A DNA stretch of 64,000 bases from Ascidiella aspersa (Eukaryota). Below the pieces are notes generated by a model. It was given only the letters and a program-made list of their open reading frames with translations, was not told the DNA's origin and searched no databases. This document shows, in pieces, positions 11,079 to 23,486 of the stretch. The stretch's first letter is position 1. Every line of letters begins with the position of its first letter. Position numbers and translations under genes: made by a program. The DNA is taken from positions 2,418,001-2,482,000 of the forward strand of contig OZ004607.1 in assembly GCA_963924565.1 (NCBI GenBank), written 5' to 3'.

Positions 11079-12225
11079 TCAGAAGGCAGCGAGTCAAGAA
11101 ACAAACAAACACCAAATGATTTGCTACATTAGTTAAGGGATCTACAGTACCATATTATTTAATAAAAAATATTCACGCAAACAAGTAAACTGAGTGTTTA
11201 ATAGGTCGGGATGCATAACTAACTGTACACTACTTACGCCGTTAAGAAGGCACGGATTAACTCCGACATGATGCCTTGTCCCTAACTAGGTCTTGGTAAT
11301 CTACAACTGCAAAAACTATATTAAACAATGGATCTAGGTCTAACCGCTGAAGTAAACTCTTATCTTTTTTATTTTTTAAGGTAAAAACGTGTATAGTGGC
11401 TAACAACTTACACATTAAATTACATTTAATCAGAAGCTCAACATCTATCAAAAGACGCTTTTTAGCATCCACCCTAGACTGTAAAGAGCCGACAGGCTAA
11501 ATGGTGATAGTATATCACGATAGCAGCCCGCTTAAGATCAGACTTAGCTGGCGTGACTTAGCAGCGTCATGGGGAATTTGCCAACTGTCTTGCGCAGCTG
11601 AAGAAGGGAAAGCCTTTTGGATTTGACACGTGTTTAAATTTATGGAATTTAGAATTTGGTTTCACTATTATCGCGTTCAATATATGTATGACGTGGGAAT
11701 TAAAACTCCTGAAAAGTTATATTATAATGCAACTGAAATGGATGAGTTCTGCCTTGAAAGGATAAGTTTTCTATTTCCTCAAAAGCATGAGCCTTTAAAT
11801 TATTCTTTATTTAAAGTAACCTTCCTTTATTATAAGTCTACTAACTTATCTTTTATATATCTTTAAACTTACTGTTATAACACCTAAATAAACGTTACTT
11901 TTAAAACCAAAGAAAACGATACAGTTTCAAAATAACATCCGAGTTTACTTGAGTTTAACCATTTGATTTTACCTTAGTAGTAACTCCCAAGAGACCAAGA
12001 CAATGTCGCACATCAGTCCGTTACACATACAGCGTAAAAAGGCAACTTCGCAATGCAGCTTAAATAAAAGGCGGATCTACGTTTAACGAATTACAGCATT
12101 ATGCAAATTCAAAAAAAGTGCAACGTTTTTTAACAGCAGTTTTTATCTTATTTCTGGCTGTCGTCTTCCCTGCTGTATCAAATTTTTGTGAGTTGCATTT
12201 GCTGTAAAAGTACGTATATTATTGA

Positions 12226-12360
12226 CAGGGAGTCGAACCGTTCGACTTTTCCGGTTCAGGTTCGGGTTCAATGATTTTTTCCGAATCCGGTTCAGCTCCG
12301 GTTCGACTAAATTTATTTTTAAAACCGGTTTATAAAGATCCGGTTCGGATACTATACTAG
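12226..12360. repeat. Cluster of (C)CGGTTC/GAACCG motifs, probable DNA-transposon end remnant
   Basis: About 7 GGTTC-type motifs in 130 bp; no partner end or TSD found. Confidence 0.45.
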
Positions 12361-12429
12361 TTGCGTTAAACCGAAAATTTGGGTCAATAAATGTGGAGCA
12401 TAATTATTATTTGGTAAATCGTATTAAAT

Positions 12430-13690
12430 CTAAGTTTCGTAGCGTAGTAAAAAACAAGTAGAATTTTAAGTCCTAACCGTGAACTTATTCCCGCTAGCTA
12501 TTTAAATCTTCAGCGCTTTTTGTTCTCGCTGTATATACATTGTTACAGTCCGCTGCGCAAGACGGCTGAAATATAGCCTCAGGGTGTGGCGAGCCAACTT
12601 ATAGTTGCAGTTCTAGTTTACCACGACTTGTACTTGCGCCCTAGACAAGGTTAGTATTGCTCAAGTATATTTAGAGAAAGATAAAGCGTTTGTTAAAATC
12701 AGTTATAGTTCGAAAGGTTTTCAATTATTTTTAGCAGGCTTAAAACTAACCAACGTGTCTTTTGTCAGAACTTACAAATTCGTTTTTATCTTGTTTTCAA
12801 GGATCAGCAGTAAAGCATAATAATAGTGTAGGAAGAACACGACAAAGTATTTAGAGAAAATTTGAATATTATTTTAATTTTTTTAAAGGCTCATTTCTAG
12901 CCGTTGTTTGTTTAATATGTGTTTTCAAATTTTTTGGTTTTGTAATGTATGTAAATTTTAACCTAAACCATAGCGACATTCCGGTAAAAATTATGATCAA
13001 AAATCTTGTATAACCTGCCTTATAAAACAGGTCATACAAGATGTGTTATATCTGCTAGCTGTTTAAACCTTTATCGCTTTTGTTTTGCTGCGTAAGACTG
13101 TAGGAAATATAGCCTCAGGGTATGGCGAGCCAACTCAGAGTTGCAGTTCTAGTTTATCAGACGCACTAGACAAGGTAATACTCAAGACTATTTAGAAAAG
13201 ATAATACTATAATAAAAATCAGTTATAATAGTTCACAAGGTTTTCAAATTTATTTTAGCCTGCTTTGAAACTAATCAACAAATGTGTTTTGTTAGAACTT
13301 ACAAATTGTTTGTCATCTTGTATTCATAGATCAGCATTCAAGCATAATAATAGTGTAAGAGGAAACCGACAAGGTTTATATTATAGAAAGCAACCGTAGC
13401 GACATGCCGGTAAAAACTAAGATCAAACATCGTGTATAACCTGCCTTATAAAACAGGTTATACAGTGCGTTAAATCTGCTATTTAAACCTTAAGCGATGA
13501 TTTTTCAGCGTAAGACTATTGGAATAGCCTCAGGGTGTGGCGAGCTAACTTACAGTTGCAGTTCTACTTTATCACGGCTTATACGTACGCACTAGGTAAA
13601 GTCATTATTAGTGAAGTATATCAGAAGAACATATATCGTTTATTAAAAGGAGTTATAATGTACAAAAGGGTTGAGATTTATTTTGTTTTG
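12430..13690. repeat. Diverged ~415-540 bp tandem repeat, about 3 units
   Basis: Core TAGCCTCAGGGTRTGGCGAGCYAACT at 12574, 13110 and 13525; flanks align. Confidence 0.85.
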
Positions 13691-14401
13691 ATTTTAATCT
13701 AATCAGAAACTTGATTTAATATGTTTTTAAAGTTACAACACGCATAAAGGTGTTAATATTAAGTTCCAAAAAGGAACAGGCTCATACATATTTTTTAATA
13801 TTTGAATACAGTTTTACCGCACGCTTAAAATTATTTATCATTTCACTAATCAAGTAACATAAGTTTTATCGTAATATTAAGTATTTAAAAAGTACACATT
13901 TACTAAACAAAGGGTGATTAAATAAAGATAGTTGAGAAACACTATTAAAGACGTTCAACTGTTACCGAGTTCCTGGTGAAATTTTAAATATTGTTCCCAA
14001 ATTTCGAAAGCGAGTTGCTATTGGAAGGTTCGATTTTAATAACAGACAGTTTTTAATATCGTTGTTAAACAAATATCTTGCGCGGTTTGGAAAAAGATTA
14101 CAAAAATGTGACAAGATACGATAACACTATTCAGTCAACACCCTTTAGTTGAAGAAAGTTTATAAGATTTTTGTCAATATTAGAATTTAAATTGTAAACA
14201 AACTATTAAGAGCAATATGTTAACCTGTGGCTTTGTGTAAAAAAGATACACGTTTTAAAATTAGATAAACTTTGCGATGAATCGCCAAACACTGCTAAAA
14301 TGCATAAATCAATCGGCATCGGATCGTCACACTCGAATATCGCGCAAAAGTTCTAAACTGACGCGATGTTTTTTATCTATTTTTCAAGCATTTTAATTTA
14401 C

Positions 14402-14700
14402 GTAAGTTTTAGACCGGTGTTAGTCTCGATGCGTTATTTGGTTGATTTTACAATGGTGTTGTTGCGTTGTTATTTTATGAGTTACTGATAAACCAAGCGC
14501 TTGGCGCAAGGTTAGAAGGCAAAAAACTATTGAAAGATGCTGGTTCGACCAGCATTTTTCATGGTATTCGCGCAACAAAACAATAATAGTATAATATTAA
14601 GTCGCATGAGAAAAAGTGAATTAACTTAGAGGTTGTGGTTATGCAGTGCTTTGTATTATTTGCGAGCTACATTTTCAGAAGTTAAATTAAAACATCGCCA
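14402..14700 (+). pseudogene. Orphan ZF 5' intron and leader without CDS
   Basis: GTAAGT...TTTTCAG AAGTTAAATTAAAAC then ATC instead of ATG; no fingers follow. Confidence 0.65.
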
Positions 14701-15059
14701 AACTAAGCACGCATCCGAAAATTGTTTAATTTATGAAGTTTCGCGTTTAAACAAAACGAGAAATGACATTGAAGAAGAAATATGTTAGTAAATGAAACCG
14801 TAAGTCAAAGTGTTGCTTTTGAACACTTGGCAGCTATATATTTAGATTGCATTATATTTTAATGTGGACCTGACAACATTATATTAAGAACAGCCGGGTA
14901 ACAGTTTTAATCCTTGTTTATCAACAACGATGAACCACTATAGGACGTTCAAGTATAGTAGAATATTATGTATTTAAGGTTGATGCTGGTAAGTGTGATG
15001 CTAGTATTTTAAACAGCACGATTATTTGTCAGTGATCTATATGTGTTGGTTTTTAAAAG

Positions 15060-15450
15060 CATCAATTTCATCACAAATAAAGCAGCATTCATTAGAGAAA
15101 AAGTCGCCAACCCATTCCAATATAATTGTAAGAATAGGAGCATTTAAAAGCAGCATCGAAAACTCGAGCAGCCACTGATTAAAGCTTCTTTTGTTGTTAC
15201 GCTCTGCTGCTACGCTCCAGTGCGCACAGTTGCTAGTACTATAGCCTGAGGCTTTTGTAAGCTAACTTAGATCAAATGATTGAGCGAACTAATGCAGTTG
15301 GACGATTAGGGCTCTTGCTCTAACGCAGAAATATATTTTCTTGGCTGCATACTGCTGCAAGATCGAACAGAGGAAAAATTAGGAGCTATTTCATTATACT
15401 AAGTCATTTGACAGAAAATGTTAGTAAGTTTGCAATCGCTAGAGCTTTAT
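15060..15450 (+). repeat. Non-coding block duplicated at ~52170-52570
   Basis: Shared AAAAGCAGCATCGA...TCGAGCAGCCACTGATT...TAGCCTGAGGCTTTTGTAAGCT; both ~2 kb upstream of a ZF ATG. Confidence 0.8.
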
Positions 15451-16024
15451 GTATTTGTAACTTTCTAATAAATCAATTGACTAGAGCCACTTGCAACTCT
15501 GTGGTGTTTTGTGTGGCTTTTACGTTCACGTTGTATTTGTGTTGTTTTAGTTGTGCAGTGCACATTTTTTTAAGTTTGCATTATCATTTTTGAACCGGAT
15601 AACTAGATATTAGAAGCCTCGGCACAGGCAAAGTTACTGTACCTAAAGTTATGTTTAGCTATTACATTGCGTTAGGTAATTGTAAGTAAGATGTTGTCTG
15701 TTTGTTGCAATTTAAATGCGTTCTGTTAGCAACAGATAAATTCGTTGCACCGCATAACTACTGCGAAAGCTATTGCTAAAGGACCACAGTTGGAAATTCC
15801 TTCTGTTTGCATACCTTAGAAATTCAGATGTTTTTTTTAAATTTTTTATTAAATCACATTTTTACGAATATGGGTAGGTTAACTATTTGCTTCCCTCACC
15901 ACAGGCAAAGTATCATTTTGTTTCCTGTGCACAACACCAAGCTCTTGGGTCGCCTTGTAACACACCTGAATGAGGCATCACAAGTAAGTTTAGTATTCGT
16001 TGCAAAATTAGCGTCAGATTAAAT

Positions 16025-16335
16025 CAGGGGTTCTTAAACTTTTTTACCCCGGACCCCTAAATTTTTTTTTTGCTTTGCATGGAGCCCGGATAAATTGACG
16101 TCACAATACAAATAGATTTCATGACTCTATTTCCGCCGAAAAATGTGAAAGTTAATTGGAGTCTAACTATACATTTAGTGCAAAACCGTTTAATTTTTAA
16201 CTAAAGTATTTTCTTTTGAAAATTAATCACTTTAATTACAAGTATACACTAGGTTTTAATTAGGCTTTCATGGACCCCCTAAAACTAGTTCACTGACCCC
16301 CAGGGGGTACATGGTCCCCAGTTTAAGCACCCCTG
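16025..16335. mobile_element. hAT MITE
   Basis: TIRs CAGGGGTTCTTAAACT / AGTTTAAGCACCCCTG (15/16); perfect 8-bp TSD GATTAAAT. Confidence 0.92.
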
Positions 16336-17196
16336 GATTAAATGATACTGAAACTATCAAAGAGCAGATCAGAAATCATCGCTGGGCGACAATACAAGTT
16401 GTTTAAGTGAGATCCAAGCACATTTAAACCACGATCATGTAAATTTAGTTGATTCCGAGGAAATGTTACTTTTACTTGTAAGTTGCTCTCCTAAAATAAA
16501 CCGTTACAAATAGCGACCTAAAAATTGAAATAATCATTTGGGTGAAGCGATTTTTAAGCGAACCATAACAAGGGTTAATTGATATGTATATATTTATTGC
16601 TTTATAACAATTTAAAAAATAATTTAAAAAAAAAAACAATTAACGTCATTAATACAGTCAAATAATCACAATGCCTCAGATTGAAAAGTTCAGTGTAATC
16701 TTTTTAATAGTATATTTTACGTATGTAAGCTCACAGATGTTGTAATTTTAATAGAATATTTTCTCATGAATTTAAGTTTTAAAGTAGAAAAAAATATCGT
16801 ACAAGTTTCAACAGATGCAATTATTTTTCCACCGCTGTTAGTTTTGTTGCAATATTAGATGTGTTTTTTTCCTGATGTTGTTGCGTTGTTATTTTATTAG
16901 TTAATGATAAACCAAGCGTTTAGTGATTAAGAAGAAATTTGCTATGAAAAGATTCGATAAGCGTTTTTCACGTAAATCGCGCAACTAAACAATAATAGTC
17001 TGTTCACAAATTTGGGACTTTCATTTGGAAGAATTATATAAAAATTAAGCCACATGAGAAAAGGGGAATTTAACTTAGTTGCAACAATAATCAAAATCAA
17101 GTATATCATACAAAACACTATTGTCAAGGTCGTGGTTATGCAGTGCTTCGTCTTGTTAATGAGCTACTTGATACTTTTCAGAACTTAAGTTAAAGC

Positions 17197-18542
17197 ATGT
17201 CAAACCACCAAAGTGATTTTGTTAAGAATCAGTTAAAAACAGAGAGCGATGAAGGATTTTCTGATGATTCTATTGCCACGATAACATATTGGTCATCAGA
17301 AGAACATCAAGCTCTAAGTGAAGATTCTGATTGTGAAGTACCAAGTGGCTTGGATCAAAAAGACACTCTCCAGAAGGATATGAGTAAAGATAATTCAGCA
17401 AAGAACAAAATTACAAACAACAACATCGAGTTTCGATGCAACATTTGCGAAAAGTTGTTCAAAAAGCGACATGAGCTCAATGAACATTTGTCTAGACTCC
17501 ACTTCAAGAAACACAAATGCAAAGTTTGTGGAAAACTTTTTGGACAAATAGCCACTCTTAAAAACCACGTGCGTACTCACACTGGTGAAAAGCCCTTTAA
17601 ATGTGCATATTGCGATAAATGTTTCAATCGTGCTCACATCTTGAAAGCTCACGAACGAATTCATACTGGGGAAAGACCATATGGGTGCAAAGTTTGTGGA
17701 AAATGTTTTACCCAGGCCGGGCATCTCAACCAACATAATAAAATACACACTGGAGAAAAACCTTACAAGTGTAAAGATTGTGGAAAATGTTTCACACGAC
17801 CGTCATGTCTCAACCAACATAATAAAATACACACTGGTGAAAAGCCCTTTAAATGTGCATATTGCGATAAATGTTTCAATCGTGCTCACATCTTGAAAGC
17901 TCACGAACGAATTCATACTGGGGAAAGACCATATGGGTGCAAAGTTTGTGGAAAATGTTTTACCCAGGCCGGGCATCTCAACCAACATAATAAAATACAC
18001 ACTGGAGAAAAACCTTACAAATGCAAAGTTTGTGGAAAATGTTTTATGCGGGCAGGAGATCTTAAAGATCATGAAAGAACTCACACTGGAGAAAAACCTC
18101 ACGAATGCAGACAATGCGGAAAATGTTTTACCCAGAGAATACATCTTAAAAGTCATGAAAGAAATCACACTGGTGAAAAACCTTACGAATGCAAACAATG
18201 TGGAAAGTGTTTTAGTGAGGCAGGACATCTTAAAGATCATGAAAGAATTCACACTGGAGAAAAACCTCACGAATGCAGACAATGCGGAAAATGTTTTACC
18301 CAGAGAATAAATCTTAAAAGTCATGAAGGATTCACACTGGAGAAAAACCTTACGAATGCAGACAATGCGGAAAATGTTTTACCCAGAGAATACATCTTAA
18401 AAGTCATGAAATAATTCACACTGGAGAAAAACCTTACGAATGCAGACAATGCGGAAAATGTTTTAGGCAGACATCCAATTTCAATAAACATAAAAGAAGG
18501 CACTCTAAAGATAAATCCTTTAAAAACAAAACTTGCGACTAG
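17197..18542 (+). CDS. Long A-type ZF gene, 13 fingers with a late 1-bp frameshift (ORF ends 18414)
   Basis: Ten intact fingers, then CATGAAGGATTCAC (~18328) shifts frame; remaining fingers and the KTCD* terminus lie in another frame; internal 252-bp-period duplication. Confidence 0.85.
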
Positions 18543-21490
18543 TTTTAAATCATACAAAACATATACGTGTAAAGCATTTTTGTATTATATTAAACATAGA
18601 AATTGCACATTACATATTTATATTTTTTTACCAACTGTACAATACATCTATACATTTTGAGCTATTGATATCGTTAAAGCAGTGACTTTAAGTTTTAGAA
18701 TATTTATTCAATCTTAATCTTTTTGTCGTCGAAATGATGTTAAAAAAATTAATGGTCCCATTCCCATACTCTTTCCCTACAATGTTTGGAAAGACAAAAC
18801 AAAAATATACCGAAAAATGTTTAGTTCTATAATAAACACATTGCAATATAAAACATAACAATGATTGTAAATAATTGAAATTTTATCTGTCATTAGAAAT
18901 GTGAATATTTCGCAAGCTTGAGGGCAAACTTCCTCTGCTGGACTTTGCTACTTCAACAAAAGTAAAAACGGCGGACCAGTTCATAAGGATGTATGTTTAT
19001 TGTTTTAAATAAAACGGGATGCTTTGTTTTTTTACCCACCGAGCCTTTAGAGTTATCATTAAAACAGTTGCTTTAAAGCGTGAAATCTTCATTTAATCTT
19101 GTTAGTTTTCTCATCGAAATGGTGTTAAAGCGTTTGTAATTATCGATGTATATAATTTGTATGTGTAACCCGTTTCAAACGCTGTCATGACATTTGCCCT
19201 TCGCATTTTAAAATCTAAGCCATCTTGTTGCGTAAAGGAAAATACAAATTATATGTTTTGTGTTTTATAAACGCTACATTTTAAAGGGCATATATAAAAT
19301 GATTATTCAACAACACGCATCTGAGGTTTTAGAAAGAGTTGCATATTTAAAACCACACAGAAATTAACATTACAGAAAAACATTTAAGTGCAAAATATGT
19401 CAAAAATGTAAGGTTATAATACAAGTCTTACAAATATTTTAATAATGGCAAAAAAGATTTAAATTTTCTCGGATATTGAATCCTAGTTACAACGTTTATT
19501 CAGCTCTTTAATTTATCTTTACGTCGTCCGGGTGCGACTGTACTGGTAACAACTTTAACACAACACGATTTTCATTTTCTCGCTGAGTCAAGGTAGTTTT
19601 GTTTAACTAGATTTACGGCAATAAACTTAAGATAATAAATATACCTGGATACTGATTTCTGTTGTTTCCGTTAAGTTTTCCGTTTAAAGAACCAACTCTG
19701 TAAAATAACACGTTTCAAAATTTCATTGTTGCTTCAAGCCTTCAAAGCCCTCGCGTGTTTTCATAAATAAATACTTTAATTAATTTAATGCAGATGTTTA
19801 AACTCATGATACATAGAATGCAAGTTCCTCACTTTTGCGTCAAAATTGTGTAATAATTATAAACTTTAGACAAACATTAAGCCAGTAGCATATATATCCA
19901 AAAGTTTAAGGTCACTATAACTGCCGAACATCGTCTTAATTTTTTTTGAAGCAGCGACACTGAAATGCTACAACACAGCATAAACTAGTTTGTTGCGGAA
20001 TTATATATAAAAAAAAATTACGGTCTTGTAACGATGTAATAATAAATATATGCGTAAGAGAACTTTATCAATCTTTTATCTAAAAGAGTCGTATGGCCTG
20101 CGAGCCACAGTTTGCCAACCTCAGTAAATGTATATTTTGTTTGTACCTTGATAATATACGAAATACATCGCTTTAACTTATTACTATTTTTTTTCGCTCA
20201 ACAACACAACACGGTGTTCTAATTTGAAAATGTTTAATAATTGTGTAAAACTAGTAAATCTGTTTTGTATCAACACATCATCAAATGTACAAGCGTCTAA
20301 TCTCATTCGCAGCTGTGATAAATAACACTCTGCTAGCAGCAGCGTTGCTTGGATCGAACCCGTCGTTATCCTGGCTTACTGTGCAGTGTTCGCCGCTTTG
20401 TTAATCCCCGCGCCAGGACAATTAGCTCTCGTTTCCCTGAGCAGGAAACATCTTATCGTTCGACCCGATAAAACCAACCAAGCAAATGTGTTTAACCTCA
20501 TATTAGATTTGGGACTGAGTGGAGTTTACTATGCAATGCTGTACTGACTAGTTACTGTCAATATATATCAGAAATATGGATAAAGGAAATGCTATAAGTG
20601 TGAAATGAATGGTTGCTGCAAATATATGATAAGAAAGTATATATATTTTTTGTATTTTAAGTTTTATTACAAGCCAGTAGTAATATAGAACACTTGAAAC
20701 TGATGAAAAATGCAAGGTTTTTTTAGGTACGCCGATGCTTTATTTGTATAGAAGTCAGGTTTTCATTAGGCCTATCTAACTTCTAGTTGATTCCAGCCAA
20801 TATAAATTTGATAATTGGTTGATTATTTCTCTTATAGTTCGTTATAATTCTTATTGTTAGGCACTTTAGTAGCTTTAAATTGTGTAAAGCCTTATAAACA
20901 ATGTATGGAAGCTAAGGTTGTTTAAAGCATGTTCTCAGATCGTAAGAACCATAGCTATTTTAATCCGACGGTGGTTAATATAAAGCAATTGGAAGAGATA
21001 TAATTTCATGCAAAGCTCGTTAAAATTTGGTTCATATATCTTTATACTAACGTTGCAAGTTTGGATAATGTCGCTGTAAACATCTTAAATGGTTATTTAA
21101 AATGCATTACTTCCCTTAAGACGACGTTGTGGTTAGCGAGTGATTGTGAATATTTCCTGCCTTCGTCTAATTATTATCAAGTTTCAATCAAATTTTATTG
21201 GTGGAGCGGCGAACTTGTAATTTCAATTCTTTGAAGTGCGTTTGTATTGAAAAAATAACACTCGTTAGTAAATTGTGGACAGAATACGCTGTGTAAGTTT
21301 GCTAAAAATTAGGCGATAACCAACATTGTATAGTATCTCGTCGTTTTATTTCATATACCTCTATTAAATTATCAATTATATTAAACTATTATTTGCCGAT
21401 TTACTTGGCGTGATGCTTAAACTCAAATGTTTATGATAACAAATAAGTTGTTTGTTGTAGAGGAAAAATTAGATTATAATTTCGTACTAA

Positions 21491-21566
21491 AATATCGGCC
21501 TACATTTACCGACAGCGATATATCGGTAGAAGTCTACCCGTAAACCGATATATCGGTCTATCTCTA
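21491..21566. mobile_element. End remnant of a palindromic DNA-transposon-like element (copies ~28511-28587, ~39420-39496)
   Basis: Repeated CGATATATCGG palindromes ending TCTATCTCTA, abutting the truncated ZF intron. Confidence 0.5.
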
Positions 21567-21874
21567 GTTGTTGCGTTGTTATTTTATAAGTTACTGATAA
21601 ACTAATAATTTGGTTAAAGATAGAAAGCAAATCGCTATTGAAAGATTCTAGGAAACGACAAAAGTTTTTCAGTTAATTGTGCAACATTATACAACAATAG
21701 CCTGGCCACACATTTGCGCTGAACAGGTATATAAAAATTAAGACAAATAAGAAAAAGTAAATTTAATTTAGTTGCATCAATAAATATGAAAGATCATTGG
21801 CAAAAGGTCGTGGATATACAGTGCTTCGTATTATGAGTGAGCTACTTCATACTTTTCCGACATAAAACTAAAAC

Positions 21875-22633
21875 ATGTCAAACCACCATAGCGATTTTGT
21901 TACGACAGAACAGACAAAAGAGAGCGATGATGGATTTTCTGATGATTCTGTTGCCACGGATATAGATTGGTCATCACAAGAACATCAACCTGTAAGTAAA
22001 GAGTCCGATTGTGAAGAACAAAGTGACTTGGATCAAATGGACATTTCTAAGAAAGATGTAGGCTTAAATAGTAATAATCGAACAAAGAAGAACAAAATTA
22101 CAAACAACAACACAGAGTTTCGATGCAACATTTGCGAAAAGTTGTTCAAAAAGCGTCGTAAGCTCAATATACATTTGTCCACAGTTTCACTTAAAAAACA
22201 CAAATGCAAAGTTTGCGAGAAACGCTTTGGAACAATTTTTAAACTCGAACACCACGAACGAATTCACCCTGGAGAAAGACCATATGAGTGCAGAGTTTGT
22301 GGCAGGTGTTTTACCCAGACTGGAGATCTTAAATATCATGAAAGAATTCACACTGGAGAAAGACCTTACAAATGTCAGATTTGTGCCAAGTGTTTTACCC
22401 GGGCAGGAAGTCTTAAAAAACATGAAAGAATTCACACTGGTGAAAAACCTTACAATTGCAAAGAATGTGGCAAGAGTTTTGGCCAGTCAGCAGATCACGA
22501 CAGACACAAAATTATTCACACAGGAGAAAAACCGTTTGAATGCAAAGCTTGTGGAAAGTGTTTTAACCAGGCAGGAAGTCTTAAAAGACACAAAATAATT
22601 TATTGTAAAGAAACCATGGTGAAAACGGTCTAA
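21875..22633 (+). CDS. B-type ZF protein, 6 fingers (finger 1 H>S, last finger C2HC)
   Basis: 252-aa ORF; upstream acceptor mutated CAG>CCG. Confidence 0.8.
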   Translation: MSNHHSDFVTTEQTKESDDGFSDDSVATDIDWSSQEHQPVSKESDCEEQSDLDQMDISKKDVGLNSNNRTKKNKITNNNTEFRCNICEKLFKKRRKLNIHLSTVSLKKHKCKVCEKRFGTIFKLEHHERIHPGERPYECRVCGRCFTQTGDLKYHERIHTGERPYKCQICAKCFTRAGSLKKHERIHTGEKPYNCKECGKSFGQSADHDRHKIIHTGEKPFECKACGKCFNQAGSLKRHKIIYCKETMVKTV

Positions 22634-23486
22634 GGATTAGTTCCAAATTCAAAAAAAATATATTTTACTTCTGCAACGATTTTAACACATGAAGATAACG
22701 AACAGAATAATTAAAATGGCGTTGTTTAGGGCATATTGTAAAATTAGCCGACAACTAGTATTTATATTTGAAGAAATTTCAACATTCGCAAAGTCGTAAA
22801 GTGTTGCTTGGGTCTTTTTGTGAATACATTCTTGTGTACAACTTTACTTCGACGCCCATAAGTAACCTTCTAATAATACAACATTTAGCATATTGTACTG
22901 CATTGCTCCTTTGTTGAAAAGCACTATTTATTGGTAGGGAATTAAAATATAACGCCTTCATGATAGAAACAACACAACCAGTTGAGTTTCCGCTTTAGAC
23001 GCTGTTGTTTTACATGGTCTACGCTGCGCAATACAAAGCAATAACAACTTGGTATGAAATCACATGCACACGCGAAATAAAAATCGCACTTGAGCAATCT
23101 GCAGTGCAACATATTTTTAAAGTAAACTGTTGCATTAATTAAGGTCCACTGTTTCAGATAGTTTTGGCTTCTTGGGAGTTACCAAAAACACTAAAAATAA
23201 CATTTAGTGATTTAGCGAGTTAAAATATTTAGTTTTAGGCATTGTTATAAAGTCAGATAAGGCTCCTTTACAATTAAGTTTGGTCGGGTTGTGAATTTAA
23301 GGCGACTAAACAATTTAATTCACGCGTTTGGTTTGGTTCTGTATTTCTTATTAGACGTCATCTTATCACTCAAATATATTTCAACATTTTGTCTTAAGTT
23401 TTGGTTATTAATGTCTCGATTTATCTTCACGATTCTTTTGAACTTTGTCAGCATATCCACATTACATTTACCTTAGCACAGTGGTT

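Noticed and set aside
10785-11132. 115-aa ORF
   Set aside because: Produced by the palindrome and tRNA-like sequence; non-ATG start, no domain
17681-18557. Overlapping alternative-frame and antisense ORFs over ZF arrays ([11 protein letters not shown]..., FVRFFSSV...)
   Set aside because: Expected shadows of repetitive C2H2 codons; same for all paralogs
20085-20125. hAT end-like stubs (also ~1274 and ~54038)
   Set aside because: Single short termini without partner TIR or TSD; not delimited as elements
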